From Chrysomallon squamiferum (Eukaryota; Animalia; Mollusca): a stretch of DNA of 64,000 nucleotides. Each line of letters starts with the position of its first letter. The stretch's first letter is position 1. The DNA is taken from NCBI GenBank assembly GCA_012295275.1, contig CM022673.1, positions 17,670,001 to 17,734,000 of the forward strand, in the 5' to 3' direction. The translations under genes and the position numbers were made by a program. This document shows, piece after piece, positions 40,805 to 64,000 of the stretch. Under the pieces are notes generated by a model. That model was not told the origin of the DNA. It was given only the letters and a program-made list of their open reading frames with translations, and searched no databases.

Positions 40805-43590
40805 TTATCGTCTGCTATTTGTTTACGAAGTTCCAGTGCGCGGTTAAGTCGCGTCAAGAGTGATAGGGCGCAGACGATTAGCGTAATTACACGTGCACCG
40901 TCTGATCTCGTCCATTCATATCAACAAGAGAAAAATCAAAGAAAGAAGCTGGGGGGAAAAAAAAGAAAAAAAAGAAGAAGAAGACGAAGAAGAATTAAAA
41001 CGGTGACTTCTCTCCAGATTTTAAACATCGTGTTCTTTATCGTTTGTGACGAAAATACCTCCGTCAGAACGAGTCTGTTGTCGTATTTGTCTGCAGCTAC
41101 CCCCATTCCACTAAACACCATATTATTAACATTTACTGATGTAACAAAGTTAATAGTTAATGGGATTGAGTTTAATCAAACAGGATTTAAATTTTAAAGA
41201 TTAGCACGATTTATAAAAAGGCACAGTGCATTTTTCAAAAATCACTCTGTCTCGCTTGTGGACGTAGTTCTACTCTTAAATAATGTTTTGTTGTGTTATT
41301 CATATAATCGGCAGATGAATCGAAGAATGAGAGAGTGGGTGGTGAGTACGTGGTCAAGTTTGTCATTTTTCCATTACAGATCTCCTCAGATATTCTTGGA
41401 GACAGAATAGTCATTGTCACTCACTGTCAAACATATATTTAGACAGTATTATTTATGTGCGTATGTATATAATTATGTATATGTGTATGAGTATGTGTGT
41501 ATGAATGTGTATGTGTATGTATATATGTGTGTGTCGTTTTCCGTTGTTTTTTTTTCTTTGTATTTCCCCGATGCATTGTTGAAACTGATTTTAATTATGA
41601 ATGTATGTTCATATGTATGCATGTATGTTTGTATGAGTCTGTATATATATGTATATGGGATGTGTGTGTGTGTGTATATATATATATGTGTGTGTGTGTG
41701 TATGTATTATTTTTATTGTTCTTTTTAATGTCGATTTCCTAAAAATGCAAATTAAAAGCTATTTTTATACCTTCATTCCAGTCTATAGAGAATTACAGGA
41801 ACCGCCTCTGAGCTTCACTCTCAAGTTGAGACACGAGTTAGGCAAACTGCCAGTTAACCAAATTTTAGCTCGTCTGACCTCAAGCTACTTGGTCTGGGGC
41901 TGCTTGGCCTTTTCATTTAATGTCAGTTAAACATCATGAATATATTTACTTTTTCATTTACTGCAGAAATAAAATTTTAAAATTTGCTTTCACTTGAATG
42001 TTTTTGGTAAAAAAAAAGAAGAAAAAGACAAAAGATAAATGATTAATTTCTTTATTATTGTGGTTTCTCGTCACCTCCTCCTACTACGTAAAAATGTCAC
42101 AGCGATTCTGTGTTGTTTCGCACGTATAGGGTTAGTAAGTACAAGTTGAAAACGACGGGAACAAAAGGGCTGATACATTACATGCTGTTTGTTAGGGTAT
42201 TGTGTGTTTACAAAACATCATTCAATCTGCTAGCTATATCTGGAGCAGAAAAATTGTCTGCTTCAAAATCGTATGTACAGCATAACAACGCGCCATCACA
42301 GAACTTCATAAAAACAGAAATTAACCGAAATAGACCGGGCTATAACCTAAACAGCCGAAGTCTGAATTTACTCGTCATTTTTCAAAATTAATATACCTGT
42401 AAATCACTGGAGAATGGTTACGAAACTTTTGAATAAATTTGTAAACTCTAGAGTCGTATATTTATAGGTACACTAATATACAACTGACTTAAATGGCAAA
42501 AATCTACATTTTCTGCGAATCTCATAAACCAGTCGTTTCTTTCTTTCTTTTTTCTTCTCTCTCTGTGTGTTTGTGTGTGTGTGTCTGTGTGTTTGTGTGT
42601 TTGTGTGTGTCTGTGTGTTTGTGTGTGTGTGTCCAATTTTTTCTAATTCTTTGCATTGTTTCCAGTTCCAAAATGAATGTGATGTTATACTGCAGTAATA
42701 TCTGTATATGGTAATTAAATCTCATGTCAATGCATTGAAAAAGTTTGTTACTGTCAGGTTTTTCAAGTTATCTGTCTCTGTGTGAATATTTTATGTCCGA
42801 AATATTTAGAAGTAGTGTAAAATCTGTTTGCATGTTATACTGCAATGATTTCTATTGTTTTATGACAGATCTATCGTTTTTCAGAAATACAACATTTTCA
42901 AAATGTTCAGGGAATTATTCTTCGACATGCCATCTCATAAAAAAGTCAGATAAAAATTTTATTTCGGTTTTAAGCAGTGATTCATTGAACAGAATATTTT
43001 ATCGCACACGTTTAATATTAAGCCGTTTTTTCCAGATTAAAAACAAGACGCTTAAAAAAAAAATATGGAGAATGTAGTGAAATGTAAAACTAAGCAATGC
43101 AAAACATTATTTTATAAATATATATTTTTATTACAACTTGCTAGTGAAATTTTTTTAATAAGTTATTTAAAGAAAATTTAAAATGGTAAATATTATATAA
43201 TTATTATTATTATTATCATCATCAGTGTCAGCATTATCATCACAATCATCATCTTTATTTTTTTAGGGGGGCGACGCATTTGTTGTTAAAATGATAATTG
43301 ATGAAAACATTTTATTTGAAATATATGTATTTATGTTTTGAAATATCTTCTTTTTAAGACATAGACACACACAATGTACATAGAAAAACGCATACTTACA
43401 GAACATGTTAGAAATACCTTTAAAATTCTTTGATTTACTTCTGTTGCTGGGTTGTGGCTTTTTTAAAAAAACGTGGTTAGTTCATTCATATTGTATTAGC
43501 TCTCTTGCCAACATGGTATTAAAACAAATGATGTTTTTATTTTTTTTTTTTTTTTTTGTTATGCTTTAAATTAATTATTAGTTAAATCAA

Positions 43591-43592
<2 letters not shown>

Positions 43593-43670
<78 letters not shown>
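43593..43670. repeat. (CT)n microsatellite
   Basis: Perfect CT run; similar runs at 33656-33717 and 53971-54040. Confidence 0.9.
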
Positions 43671-43677
<7 letters not shown>

Positions 43678-44839
43678 CTTCTTCTTCTTCTTCTTCTTCT
43701 TTTTCTTCTTAGTTTTAAATGGTCATGATGGTTATAGCCAGTGTAAATTTTGAAAATTCTTTGATATGATATTAATCGACGTTATTTACTTTAGATTGTT
43801 TTTAAAAACTGGTTTTATTCTTATATATATATATATATATATATTATATTATTTATTTGTTATTATTATTATTATTTTTTTTTTTTTTAGTTTTTCGTGG
43901 ATGAGCATTCTTTATTATATTTCATTTCATTTATTTATTTATTTGGCAAATTCACCTCACTATTGAAGTCTGCAGACACTTGGAAGACTTTTTGTAAAAT
44001 TTGAAGAAGAAATAAAAAAAAAAAAATAACACCAAGTATTTTATGGATGACTTCAAAGTCAGCTGACTGGTATAAATTCAGAATGTATTTCAAGTCATCA
44101 TGTTGTAGTTGTTATTAGCATGGGCGAAGATTCGAACAGAAGAGTGCGGATAATTTTTGGCAAAATGGTGGAGAAAAAGGGAATTTATGTTTTTATTTTG
44201 AAGTAAATAAAAATCTTTGACCCTCTTCGTCAAACAGTCTCAATAAAACCAAGATTATTAAAAAAAAAAAAAAAAAAAAAAAAACAACCATGATTATCAC
44301 AACATTTGGATTTTTTTGTATGAAATAATAAAATGCTAATCACAAAACAAGTTTTTAATGTTTTTTATGATAATTCATATAATTATTTATCTTCTAAATT
44401 AATTAAATAAATAATGTAAAGAAATGAGAAGCTACTTACTGAAAAAAAAGAAGTTTTTATATTTATTTAATAATCGTAAATATAATAAAGATATTGCTTT
44501 ATAAAACACCACAGAACTAATAAAACAAACAACAGAAAACAAATAAACAAAAAAGAATGAAAAAGTAACAAACAAACAAATGAAATAAAGAACGAAGGAA
44601 AAGAAAAGAAAGAAATTTTAAAAGCTTGTAATTTTAAAGATAAAGAAAGAATTATAACAATTCCATCCACTACGTTATAACTGTCTTAAAAATACATTTC
44701 AAATTTTAAAAAAGCTTTGCTGTTGTGTTGTTCCACCTCGACCAGCTTCAGTCGTACCACCCAAGAAGAGTCGTATGTGTTTGTTTTACACCAACTGATT
44801 AGGAATTGTTTGCTAATAAACTGAAGAACCTTGCAGTCT

Positions 44840-44990
44840 GGTGATTGGAGACCGACACAGTTTCCTCTGCCAATCAAAACCTTGGACTGCCTCGGAGGAG
44901 GGTATCGGGGTCTTGTCATAATAAACACCTTATTCGCGGTAATTCGACACCCAACATGCCATTACCTTGTCAGCGATATTTAAAAGCGCG
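44840..44990 (+). promoter_or_regulatory. Putative core promoter of the TGF-beta-family gene (CCAAT boxes and TATA-like element)
   Basis: GATTGG at ~44843, GCCAATC at ~44870 and TATTTAAAAG at ~44977 lie in a CpG-containing island about 440 bp upstream of the ATG at 45422. Confidence 0.4.
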
Positions 44991-45421
44991 TGTAGCGAGA
45001 TCAAACCGCAAGAAAACTTTATAAGCAATTGTCGAGAACATTCTGTTCATCTTCTTTGAAGTTTGGTGTGACTTGTTCTTGCTTGTATAATTGCTAACAA
45101 TACCTCTGTTTGGTTTTGTTTTTTTCAGACATATTCATTTATATATTGAATATTTTGAAGTCAACGATATTTAGTTTACGAAAATATTGGTTTTATTTTG
45201 ACGACTGAAACGTTTCTTCACAGAGAAACTGAAGTTTGAAAAGGACGATTATTTGAAAACAAACCGAAGTCACACAGAACATTGTTATTTTCATACAGAT
45301 TTTAGCATGTGAAATAGATACAGTTTTGATAAAAAGACGAACTCTGCCGATTTATTAACTTAATACAAACTCACCTGAACTTTGAAAACCACGTCGACAA
45401 CGACAACACCAACATCAGCAG

Positions 45422-55764
<10,343 letters not shown>

Positions 55765-56075
55765 GTGCACAGGAAGTTAGAGAGGACTCACTTCATCGAC
55801 ACAGAATAACAACAACAAAACCTTATCAGTGTTTTCTCCAGTCTAGGAACGAAAAACCAGAAGGAAAGAAAACTGACAAGAAATGGCATTTGAAACCAGA
55901 TAAAGTGTGTAAAATAAATTGGCTAATTAATTTGAAAATAAAATAAATTAAAAAGAAGAATTCACCTTCCATGACCGCTGAGAAACGTAGATAAGATATA
56001 TAAAGGCGGGTCATAGCTAGATGTCAGTGACCTCTGTACGCCAAGATTAAATCCACAACAGCGTGATCCTTCACA

Positions 56076-56128
<53 letters not shown>

Positions 56129-57861
56129 TGAATAAATAAATAAATGGAATAAATTTAGAATAACAACATATCGGTTAATAAAATTATTCATAATAAAGTA
56201 TTTTAATTAAATTCAAGATATTTCACCATTAAAGACTAGAGAGTGAACAAAACGCGATACTTATTCATGTTTTTAAATAACAGTTTTGTATTTATGTTGT
56301 GCACAAACGTACAAATATTGTTCATACGTCAGTGCTACCTAAAGTAGAAAATATTGCATGGACCGAATTTAGACTCAGCGACGCCATTTACTCAGGAACG
56401 GTGTAGAAATCATGTTTGGCAAAAGATAACTGAAAGAATAATGCTGCAGAAAAATAAAAGGAAATTTCAGACTCTTTTTTAAATTACAAAGCTCGAACCT
56501 GTGCAAAACTGTATGAACCATATCTAAAAATTAACGCACAATAAGGCTGTATAACAATTGAACAGAAATTTAAAGATTCTTTAGAATGTCAGGGCGTACG
56601 TACGCTGTTGTCTAAATCCAGCGTTGAAGTTGTAGTATTTTCTACATTTCGATTATCTGACATTACATGTGAACTCTGTTGTATTTATTTTTTGTTGTTG
56701 TGTATTTCGGTAATGTTGAGTATGTATCGACATTTTGTGTATATGCAGAGTTTAATGATTATTGGCTGTTGTACGTGGCACTACAGAAACATCGCTCCTA
56801 CATACTAACTCCGTCGTCAAGGTGAAAATTGTTGCCATATTTTATTTTATCTTTAATTTCCATATACGAAGTAACTCACGACATAAGGAAAGTGGCCGCG
56901 GTATCCATCATTCGCCGCCGTCTTGTTACGTTAAAGTTATAATTATTAACAAAGATTGGCTTTCAGTTTAAAGAATAATGCTTATAACAACTATCCATGA
57001 AATTAAACAACTGAGTTTTCTGTAGTGTAACATACCACGGTTCGCGATGTACATAATATAAAATATTTGTTATTCAGCTAATTTATTCCAACACCTAAAC
57101 GAAGGGCAGCAATATAGAAAATATTACACTGTACATAACTGTGTGCTGTGATTTTATTTGAGTCGTTAATGGTGAACTTAGAGAATCATTGATTTTATTA
57201 TTAGTAGTAGTATTATTAGTATTTATTCATTTATTTATTTATGTATCTATATATAGGTAAAATTCTTTTTTTTAATTTGTCTTTTCATTTAATTTAATTT
57301 AATTTAATTTTATTTTATTTTAAAAACCGTTTTCCTTATATTTTTCAATTTTATTTATTTATTCATTCATTCATTCATTCATTAAAGAAAAGAAAATTGG
57401 ATGATCAGGGGAGAGAAAAAAAAGGACAAATTAATTTCAAATTTTTTGTCAAACTATTTATATACTTATTTATTTTAAAATGTTTTTTGTTTACTTTGTT
57501 TCATTTGAAGTCTAAATCGGAAAATCTGTTTAAATATTGTTTGGTTTAGAAGTGTACATTGGTTTATTAAAGTGTGCTGTATTTGTAAGTTTGATACATT
57601 GCCGAATTTGCATGTTTCATAGGCACAAGTTTCACGTGAAACACTAGTATGAAAAAGTTAGTTTGTGAAACAAATGGTTATTTATTTCAAACATGCATCA
57701 TTTTAACATGGTGTTGGTGCAAATGTATGAAAATGCATACATGTATTTTTGTAAATAAAGTTTGTTGGTATTTATTTTTGTTTTATTATCATCTTGATCA
57801 CCATCATTTTGCTGTTGTTGTCATCATCTCCTCATCATCATCATCGTTATTATTATTATAA

Positions 57862-57908
<47 letters not shown>

Positions 57909-59294
57909 CATAAAAGAGATAAAGAGTTACAAAAATTCGAATCTGCAAATTCAAACAGTGCTTATCTCTCACGTGCAAACTTGGTTATTCGCTTTTACAA
58001 AACAGTACAATTGTTTTATTTAAAATGAAAATAAATCTAATAAATTATATATATATATCCAAATAATAATATTCAGTAAATAAAATTTATAAAACATGAA
58101 ATTAGAAACGGAATGAAAACAGAGAAGAAAATGGTAATAATATATAGACACTAACTAACAAACTGGAAATGAGTGACAACAGAAACTCAGCAGTGTGTAG
58201 ACTGTTTTAATAAGGATCTCTTTCACCAAACACCAAGTTACACTGTAAATAGTTTACAAAACGTGCTGGTTAAAATACTCTAAAATAATCACAACAAAAA
58301 TATAAAAACATACTGTAAGTAACAAAACAGTTTTACAGTAATGATTCGTTTTAAAAATTAACACAACCCATATTCCACTCATCTGGCCACACTTTGTAAG
58401 TAGCACTGATATGTAAAAAAATCACATAGATAAATAAAACCAGATAAAAATGTTAATTGTAGAATGTTGTCAAGTACAAATAAATATGGACGGATGAAAT
58501 AAATATTTGTATAGATAATCTACAAACGTTAATAAAATAAACTTCAATAAAACAACCACCCTTCCTAATCAAACATTTTATTTGGTTATCATGGTGGTCA
58601 ATTTATAGAGGTTTCACTGTATTTTCACAATTACATCACTTAAAATACCAAATCAAAATTTCTTTTCAACATAAATTCAAAAATGTATCACACTGTAATA
58701 TCACAGTGGAAGAATATGTGTGTATATAACAATATTATTGTTCATCTAATTAAATAGTAAGATAAAAATAGAGAGTACACAACACAAGTAAAATAAATAT
58801 GACAGTATGTGTCAAATAATGTTGTTTAATACTGAATAATATAAACAGGAGACGTGTGTGTCTGTGTGTGTGTGTGTATGTTTGCACGTGCTCATATATG
58901 TCCATATATATATATACAGATAGATAGATTAGATTTATAGATGGATAGATAGATAGATAGATATAGATATGAACATTTGACTATGCTTATTATTGAATTA
59001 CTTATTTATTAAGTAAATGTAATAAAAATATATACATATTATAAACATCTGAAAATGTTTTAATTTGTTTATTTATTTTTTTGTTTACTGGTTAAATATT
59101 TTTAGATTAAAATTATTTAATTTCATTAACGTACAGGTTATTATTTCTAATTTATAGCACTCAGCTGGAATTACAACAACATGCAGACTAAACAAATGTC
59201 TTCATCATATCCGTTGTTTATGTATGTGTGGTGTGTGTATGTTTATGTGTGTGTGTGGAAAAAATTAATAATTTATCTAATTTATTCCTTTTAA

Positions 59295-59348
<54 letters not shown>

Positions 59349-60111
59349 TCTTGTGTCTAAATAAATAATTAAATTGATCTAAAAGACCAATTAACAATTA
59401 CAAATACACATAGATATATACATATATTCACAGAGACATATAGATAGACATACAGACACACATATATACATATTTATATTTTTTTTTAAATGCTAAATAC
59501 TCAGCCTTTCAGTACTGTTTTCATGTTTTTACAATCTGAAGGAAGCTCATGTGAACTTTAAATGCTATTTGTATGCTGTTTGAATGCACTATATCATTGT
59601 GTATTTTGTATGATTACTTGAATGCTATGTGTGACATACTATATTAATGGCATACCATTAATACTCTCTTTTTTATCAGAATTGTTATATATAGTATGAT
59701 GTTGGCATCAACTCATTGTTTTGCTGGTGAATGCTGTGCAGTCTGTTTAAGATGAACTTGAATAGATAATCTAAATTCTGTGCTGTCAACATTAAATAAG
59801 ACAAGGTCATAAAAACTGCTAATCTTGTAGAAGGACAGATAATCTGATTGTTGTGTTTGTTTTTCTACTGTAACAATGTGATTACAAACAGTTCATTAAA
59901 CACACAAACAGTTAGTGTGTTTTAGCACTACACATCAAAAATGTAATAGTCATCAAACCAAGAAATACCTAAATTAGATTACAACATTAGTATCTTCCTT
60001 TTTGATTTTCTTTTAAAAAATGTTTTCGTAAAATGTCAAAACAAAACAAAAAACATTTGAAATGTGAAAAATGCTCACAATACATTATACAGTATTCACT
60101 GATAATATTTA

Positions 60112-60142
<31 letters not shown>

Positions 60143-60536
60143 TAATTTAAAAATAAACTGAGAAAATTAAAAACATACTGTTCAAAAAAAAAAAGAAAGA
60201 AAGAAAGTAATTATGAAAAAATGTATCAAAGGAAACTGTTCACATTATAAAGGATATAAAAGTTAGTTGTGTTTAAGTCAATTTTTCATCCTGGTAAAAT
60301 ATATAATCACCATTATTAGTACACAAAAAATCAGTTAATAATAACTTAAACTGAAGAAGTCCTTCATTAAAATTTATCTCATATCCAGTTCAGTGAATTT
60401 AATTTCATTACAGCAACAAACTGTGTACAGCACATTAAAACTGTTCATTAAGTGTATATCACAAACTGTTTTAACTCACATCAGTGAAGACTGTGTGCCC
60501 AGCATTAAACACTGATCTTGCTGGATGTTACCATGG

Positions 60537-63500
60537 TTACTGCAGTGAACACGCCTGTGATCCTTTCTCATTAGATGATTTTTTTGAGTTGTTTTGGAAA
60601 TGTTGTGTTTCCTGGCCTTGAAGTATGGCCTCCACATTGGCTATCTGTAATTAAAAAATTGTGATCGATATCTTTCTTTTTCAGAAATAACACAGTGTAA
60701 AACTATTTAATTAAACAGTCTCATATGTGAAATGAGAAAAAATGTTAACAGAAAGTTGTATGTTTCAGTTTGAGAAATAATATAGTGTAAAATTATTTCA
60801 TTAGTCTAAGATCACATGTGTGTTGCATGTGTGTGTGTGTGTGTGTGTGCACTTGCAAAATTATGTGCAGCAGATTTTATTCTCACCTGAATAGTTGTCT
60901 GCTGTTTGGACTTAGCAATATCTATCAGCTTCTGAAGCAGTTCCTAGAAAAATAAAAAACAAACAAAAAAAAACAGTCAAGTAATTCAACATTTTAGTTT
61001 TATATTTTAATATGTCTGTTTTCACAGTTCAAGATTAAGTTTATTAAAAGAAGAACAAAATTATTTACAAGTAATCAAACAAAGTATGTTGTAAAAAAAT
61101 AAAACAGGAAACTGAAATTATAATTCAGAGTTTTAATTAATGAAAAACTCATAAATAAACAGAAAGTCTTAATAAACTATGTTTTTTGGTGGGGTTTTTA
61201 AATACAGCTTTTTAAAATCTTTTAATTTTTCTAATGTTTTATTTATTTTATTTTTTTTATTTGTTTGTTTTGGCTTTTAAATAAGTTTAATCTGCAAACA
61301 TTCACTGAAAAGTTTCAAATACAAAACTAATCTAACCAGCTTTGTTTCAGCAATCTCTTCTGTTTTGTTTCCTGTCTGGGTCTGAGGTGCTGTCTTACCA
61401 TTAACCTTAACAGAGACACAGTCACAGTCAGTATTTGTAAAACAGACCAGTAATCCTACACTTTGTAAACATGTACCTAGTGGTTAATACACCAACGTAA
61501 GACAGGTACACACTGAATAACTTATTATAGCAGTTTCTACTCAGAAATGATTGAAGATCACTATGACCTCTTTTTACAAGTAACTAATCCTGTAATACAC
61601 TAACACTTTAGTTTCTAATCTCTCTAACATGATAACATATTAACAAAGTTTACTAATCCTGTAATACACTAACACTTTACTTTCTAACATAACATACTAA
61701 CACTGGTTATTAATCTTGTAATACACTAACACTATTCTCTAACATGATAACATACTAACAGTTCACTAATATTGTAATACACTAACACTTTACTCTCTAA
61801 CATAAGATACTAACAGTGTATTACAGTACACTAACACTTTACTCTCTAACATAATAACACACTAGCAGTTTACTAATACTGTAATATACTAACACTTTAC
61901 TTTCTAACATGATAACACGCTAGCAGTTTACTAATACTGTAATATACTAACACTTTACTTTCTAACATGATAACATACTAACACTGGTTATTAATCTTGT
62001 AATACACTAACTTTTTTACTCTCTAACATGATAACACACTAGCAGTTTACTAATACTGTAATATACTAACACTTTACTTTCTAACATGATAACATACTAA
62101 CACTGGTTATTAATCTTGTAATACACTAACACTTTACTCTCTAACATGATAACACACTAGCAGTTTACTAATACTGTAATATACTAACACTTTACTTTCT
62201 AACATGATAACATACTAACACTGGTTATTAATCTTGTAATACACTAACACTTTACTCTCTAACATGATAACACACTAGCAGTTTACTAATACTGTAATAT
62301 ACTAACACTTTACTCTCTAACATGGTAACTTACTAACAGTTTACTAATACTGTAATATTCTAACACTATTCTCTAATATGATAACATACTAACACTGGTT
62401 ATTAATCTTGTAATTCACTAACACTTTACTCTCTAAGATGATAACATACTAAGTTTACTAATACTGTAATACAGTAACACTATTCTCTAATATGATGACA
62501 TACTAACAGTTTACTATCTTGTAATACCCTAACACTTTTACTCTAACATAACATACTAACACAATTTACTAATCCTGTAATACACTAACACTTTACTCTC
62601 TAACATTACACATTAACAGTTTACATTCTAATTTCTCTAACATGATAACACAGTTTTCTAATCCTTTATACGATCACTTTATTCACTAACACAATAACAT
62701 ACTAACACAGTTTTGAGAAGACTATACATGACCTATGACTCTGTGCCCAGATCAACCATGATTAAATCTTCATTTCAAGATTATTCTTAACATTATTATT
62801 TAATAACAGATGGCGAAACATCTTTATTTTATTTCACTATATTTTATCATAACTATCTTAATAGATTTCATTTTATTAATATATACTTTTTGAGAAAGAT
62901 AAATAGAGTTAAGTGAAGATATTTGTGTTTGTTTGTCCAGTAAACAATTTACCTTTGTCTTGGCTTTTTCTTTGTTGTTTGTCTGTGCCACTTTGGGGAC
63001 AACCTTGGACTGAGAAACTGGTTTCTTCTCTGTGTTACCTGTCTTCCCTGTGTCTTTCTGTCTCCCCCACACCTCAAACACTACAGCCTGTGACCCCAGG
63101 TACTTTATCAGCTGTCAGACATTATAAAAAACAAAGACAAAAGTTTTAACACAATAGATATCAGATGATCAAGACACCAGCTGAAGTAATATACAACAAT
63201 AATGTTCCATAGTCTCTGTAAGATCTTAGATTTTATCATTTTTAAACTCATATTTATACATTCTTAACAATAACACCTAGATTTAATAAATCTCTTAATG
63301 AATATTTCATGTGACAAATTGTGTGTGTGTTGATGTATATAGAATCAGACATATATATAGATAGATACTATAATTATATTAATATTTAATTTACACCCCT
63401 CATGAATAATTCATATCACAGATTATTTGTGTTTATGTGTGTGTACATATAAATATAGATACAGATATAGATAGATATAGACATATAGAGATAAATACCA

Positions 63501-63712
63501 TAATTATATTAATATATCATATGTTACCTGAATATTTCATGTCAAAGATTGTGTGCATGTGGACAGAGAGACAGACAGATCCCATAACTATATTTCATAC
63601 CTGCTCAGTGACTGGTTTAAACACAAATTTCTTTTCATGGTTATAATCCGGGTTGATCGTGCCTGATATGACCTCAGTCTGTGCAGGTTTTTTGTCCAGG
63701 TAAAACGTGTAC
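60537..63712 (-). CDS. KIF28: KIF28/KLP-6-like kinesin-3, 3' exons only (C2-like tail and CaaX terminus); gene continues beyond the window
   Basis: Exons (minus) 63712-63601, 63111-62953, 61405-61337, 60943-60887, 60644-60537: YTFYLDKKPAQTEVISGTINPDYNHEKKFVFKPVTEQ-LIKYLGSQAVVFEVWGRQK...-ELLQKLIDIAKSKQQTTIQ-IANVEAILQG...GSQACSLQ*. The T.NPD.NH...F..VT.Q...YL....FEVWG.Q pattern is the C-terminal C2-like segment of KIF28/KLP-6-type kinesins. The motor domain is not in the window. Confidence 0.7.
61580..62710. repeat. Intronic minisatellite of ~58/60-bp monomers (~19 copies) with a central 118-bp higher-order dimer
   Basis: Monomer A: GTAATATACTAACACTTTACTTTCTAACATGATAACATACTAACACTGGTTATTAATCTT (60). 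Monomer B: GTAATACACTAACACTTTACTCTCTAACATGATAACACACTAGCAGTTTACTAATACT (58). The marker CTGGTTATTA recurs at 61984, 62103 and 62221. Confidence 0.9.
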
Positions 63713-64000
63713 CTACAGAATGTCTACAAAAACAATTTAAACAACATTTTTTTTTTTTCAAACATCTATCAAAACAGTTTATAGCAAAGATAAATTCTGC
63801 ATTAAAATATCAAAACATCAAAATTATAATTTGAATGAAAATGAATACTCTTTACATGTATATATTGGGTTGGAACAAAAGTTGATAATGTTTTTAAAGT
63901 GCAGTTCAAAGAGAATATTTAAATAGTTGTATGTAGATTTATTCAGTAATATTTATGCCATTTTGTTCACCTATAAGAATATGTGTGTGTATATATATAT

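Noticed and set aside
41235-41420. 61-aa minus-strand ORF in the KLHL10-ligand intergenic region
   Set aside because: No homology recognised and no flanking exon chain.
61580-62710. CRISPR-like or telomeric interpretation of the periodic array
   Set aside because: Units are contiguous with no unique spacers, the context is a eukaryotic intron with no cas genes, and CTAACA sub-repeats are not tandem TTAGGG.

Overview
AT-rich, microsatellite-dense, intron-containing animal genomic DNA. It is not prokaryotic, and the gene set, repeats and mosaic CpG pattern suggest an invertebrate, probably a lophotrochozoan or mollusc (inference). Manual GT-AG exon assembly gives seven genes: the 3' end of SNX13 (+), a complete 16-exon PMS1 with HMG box (-), ORMDL (+, head-to-head with PMS1), wolframin WFS1 (-), KLHL10 (+, head-to-head with WFS1), a highly divergent 9-exon TGF-beta-superfamily ligand (+), and the 3' end of a KIF28/KLP-6-like kinesin (-) ending in a CaaX box. 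The window also holds a Tigger/pogo-derived nonautonomous transposon, a ~58/60-bp minisatellite with a higher-order dimer, and SINE-like remnants. The most interesting candidate system is the TGF-beta ligand. It has only six cystine-knot cysteines (no dimerisation Cys), two furin-type sites, and a predicted wrist/heel helix encoded by a frame-preserving 27-nt microexon behind a (TG)22...T7 acceptor. Skipping that microexon would give a Lefty-like helix-less form, and Smad-type elements cluster in the surrounding non-coding islands. All gene models were assembled by eye without expression data, and comparisons to human proteins and loci are from memory.
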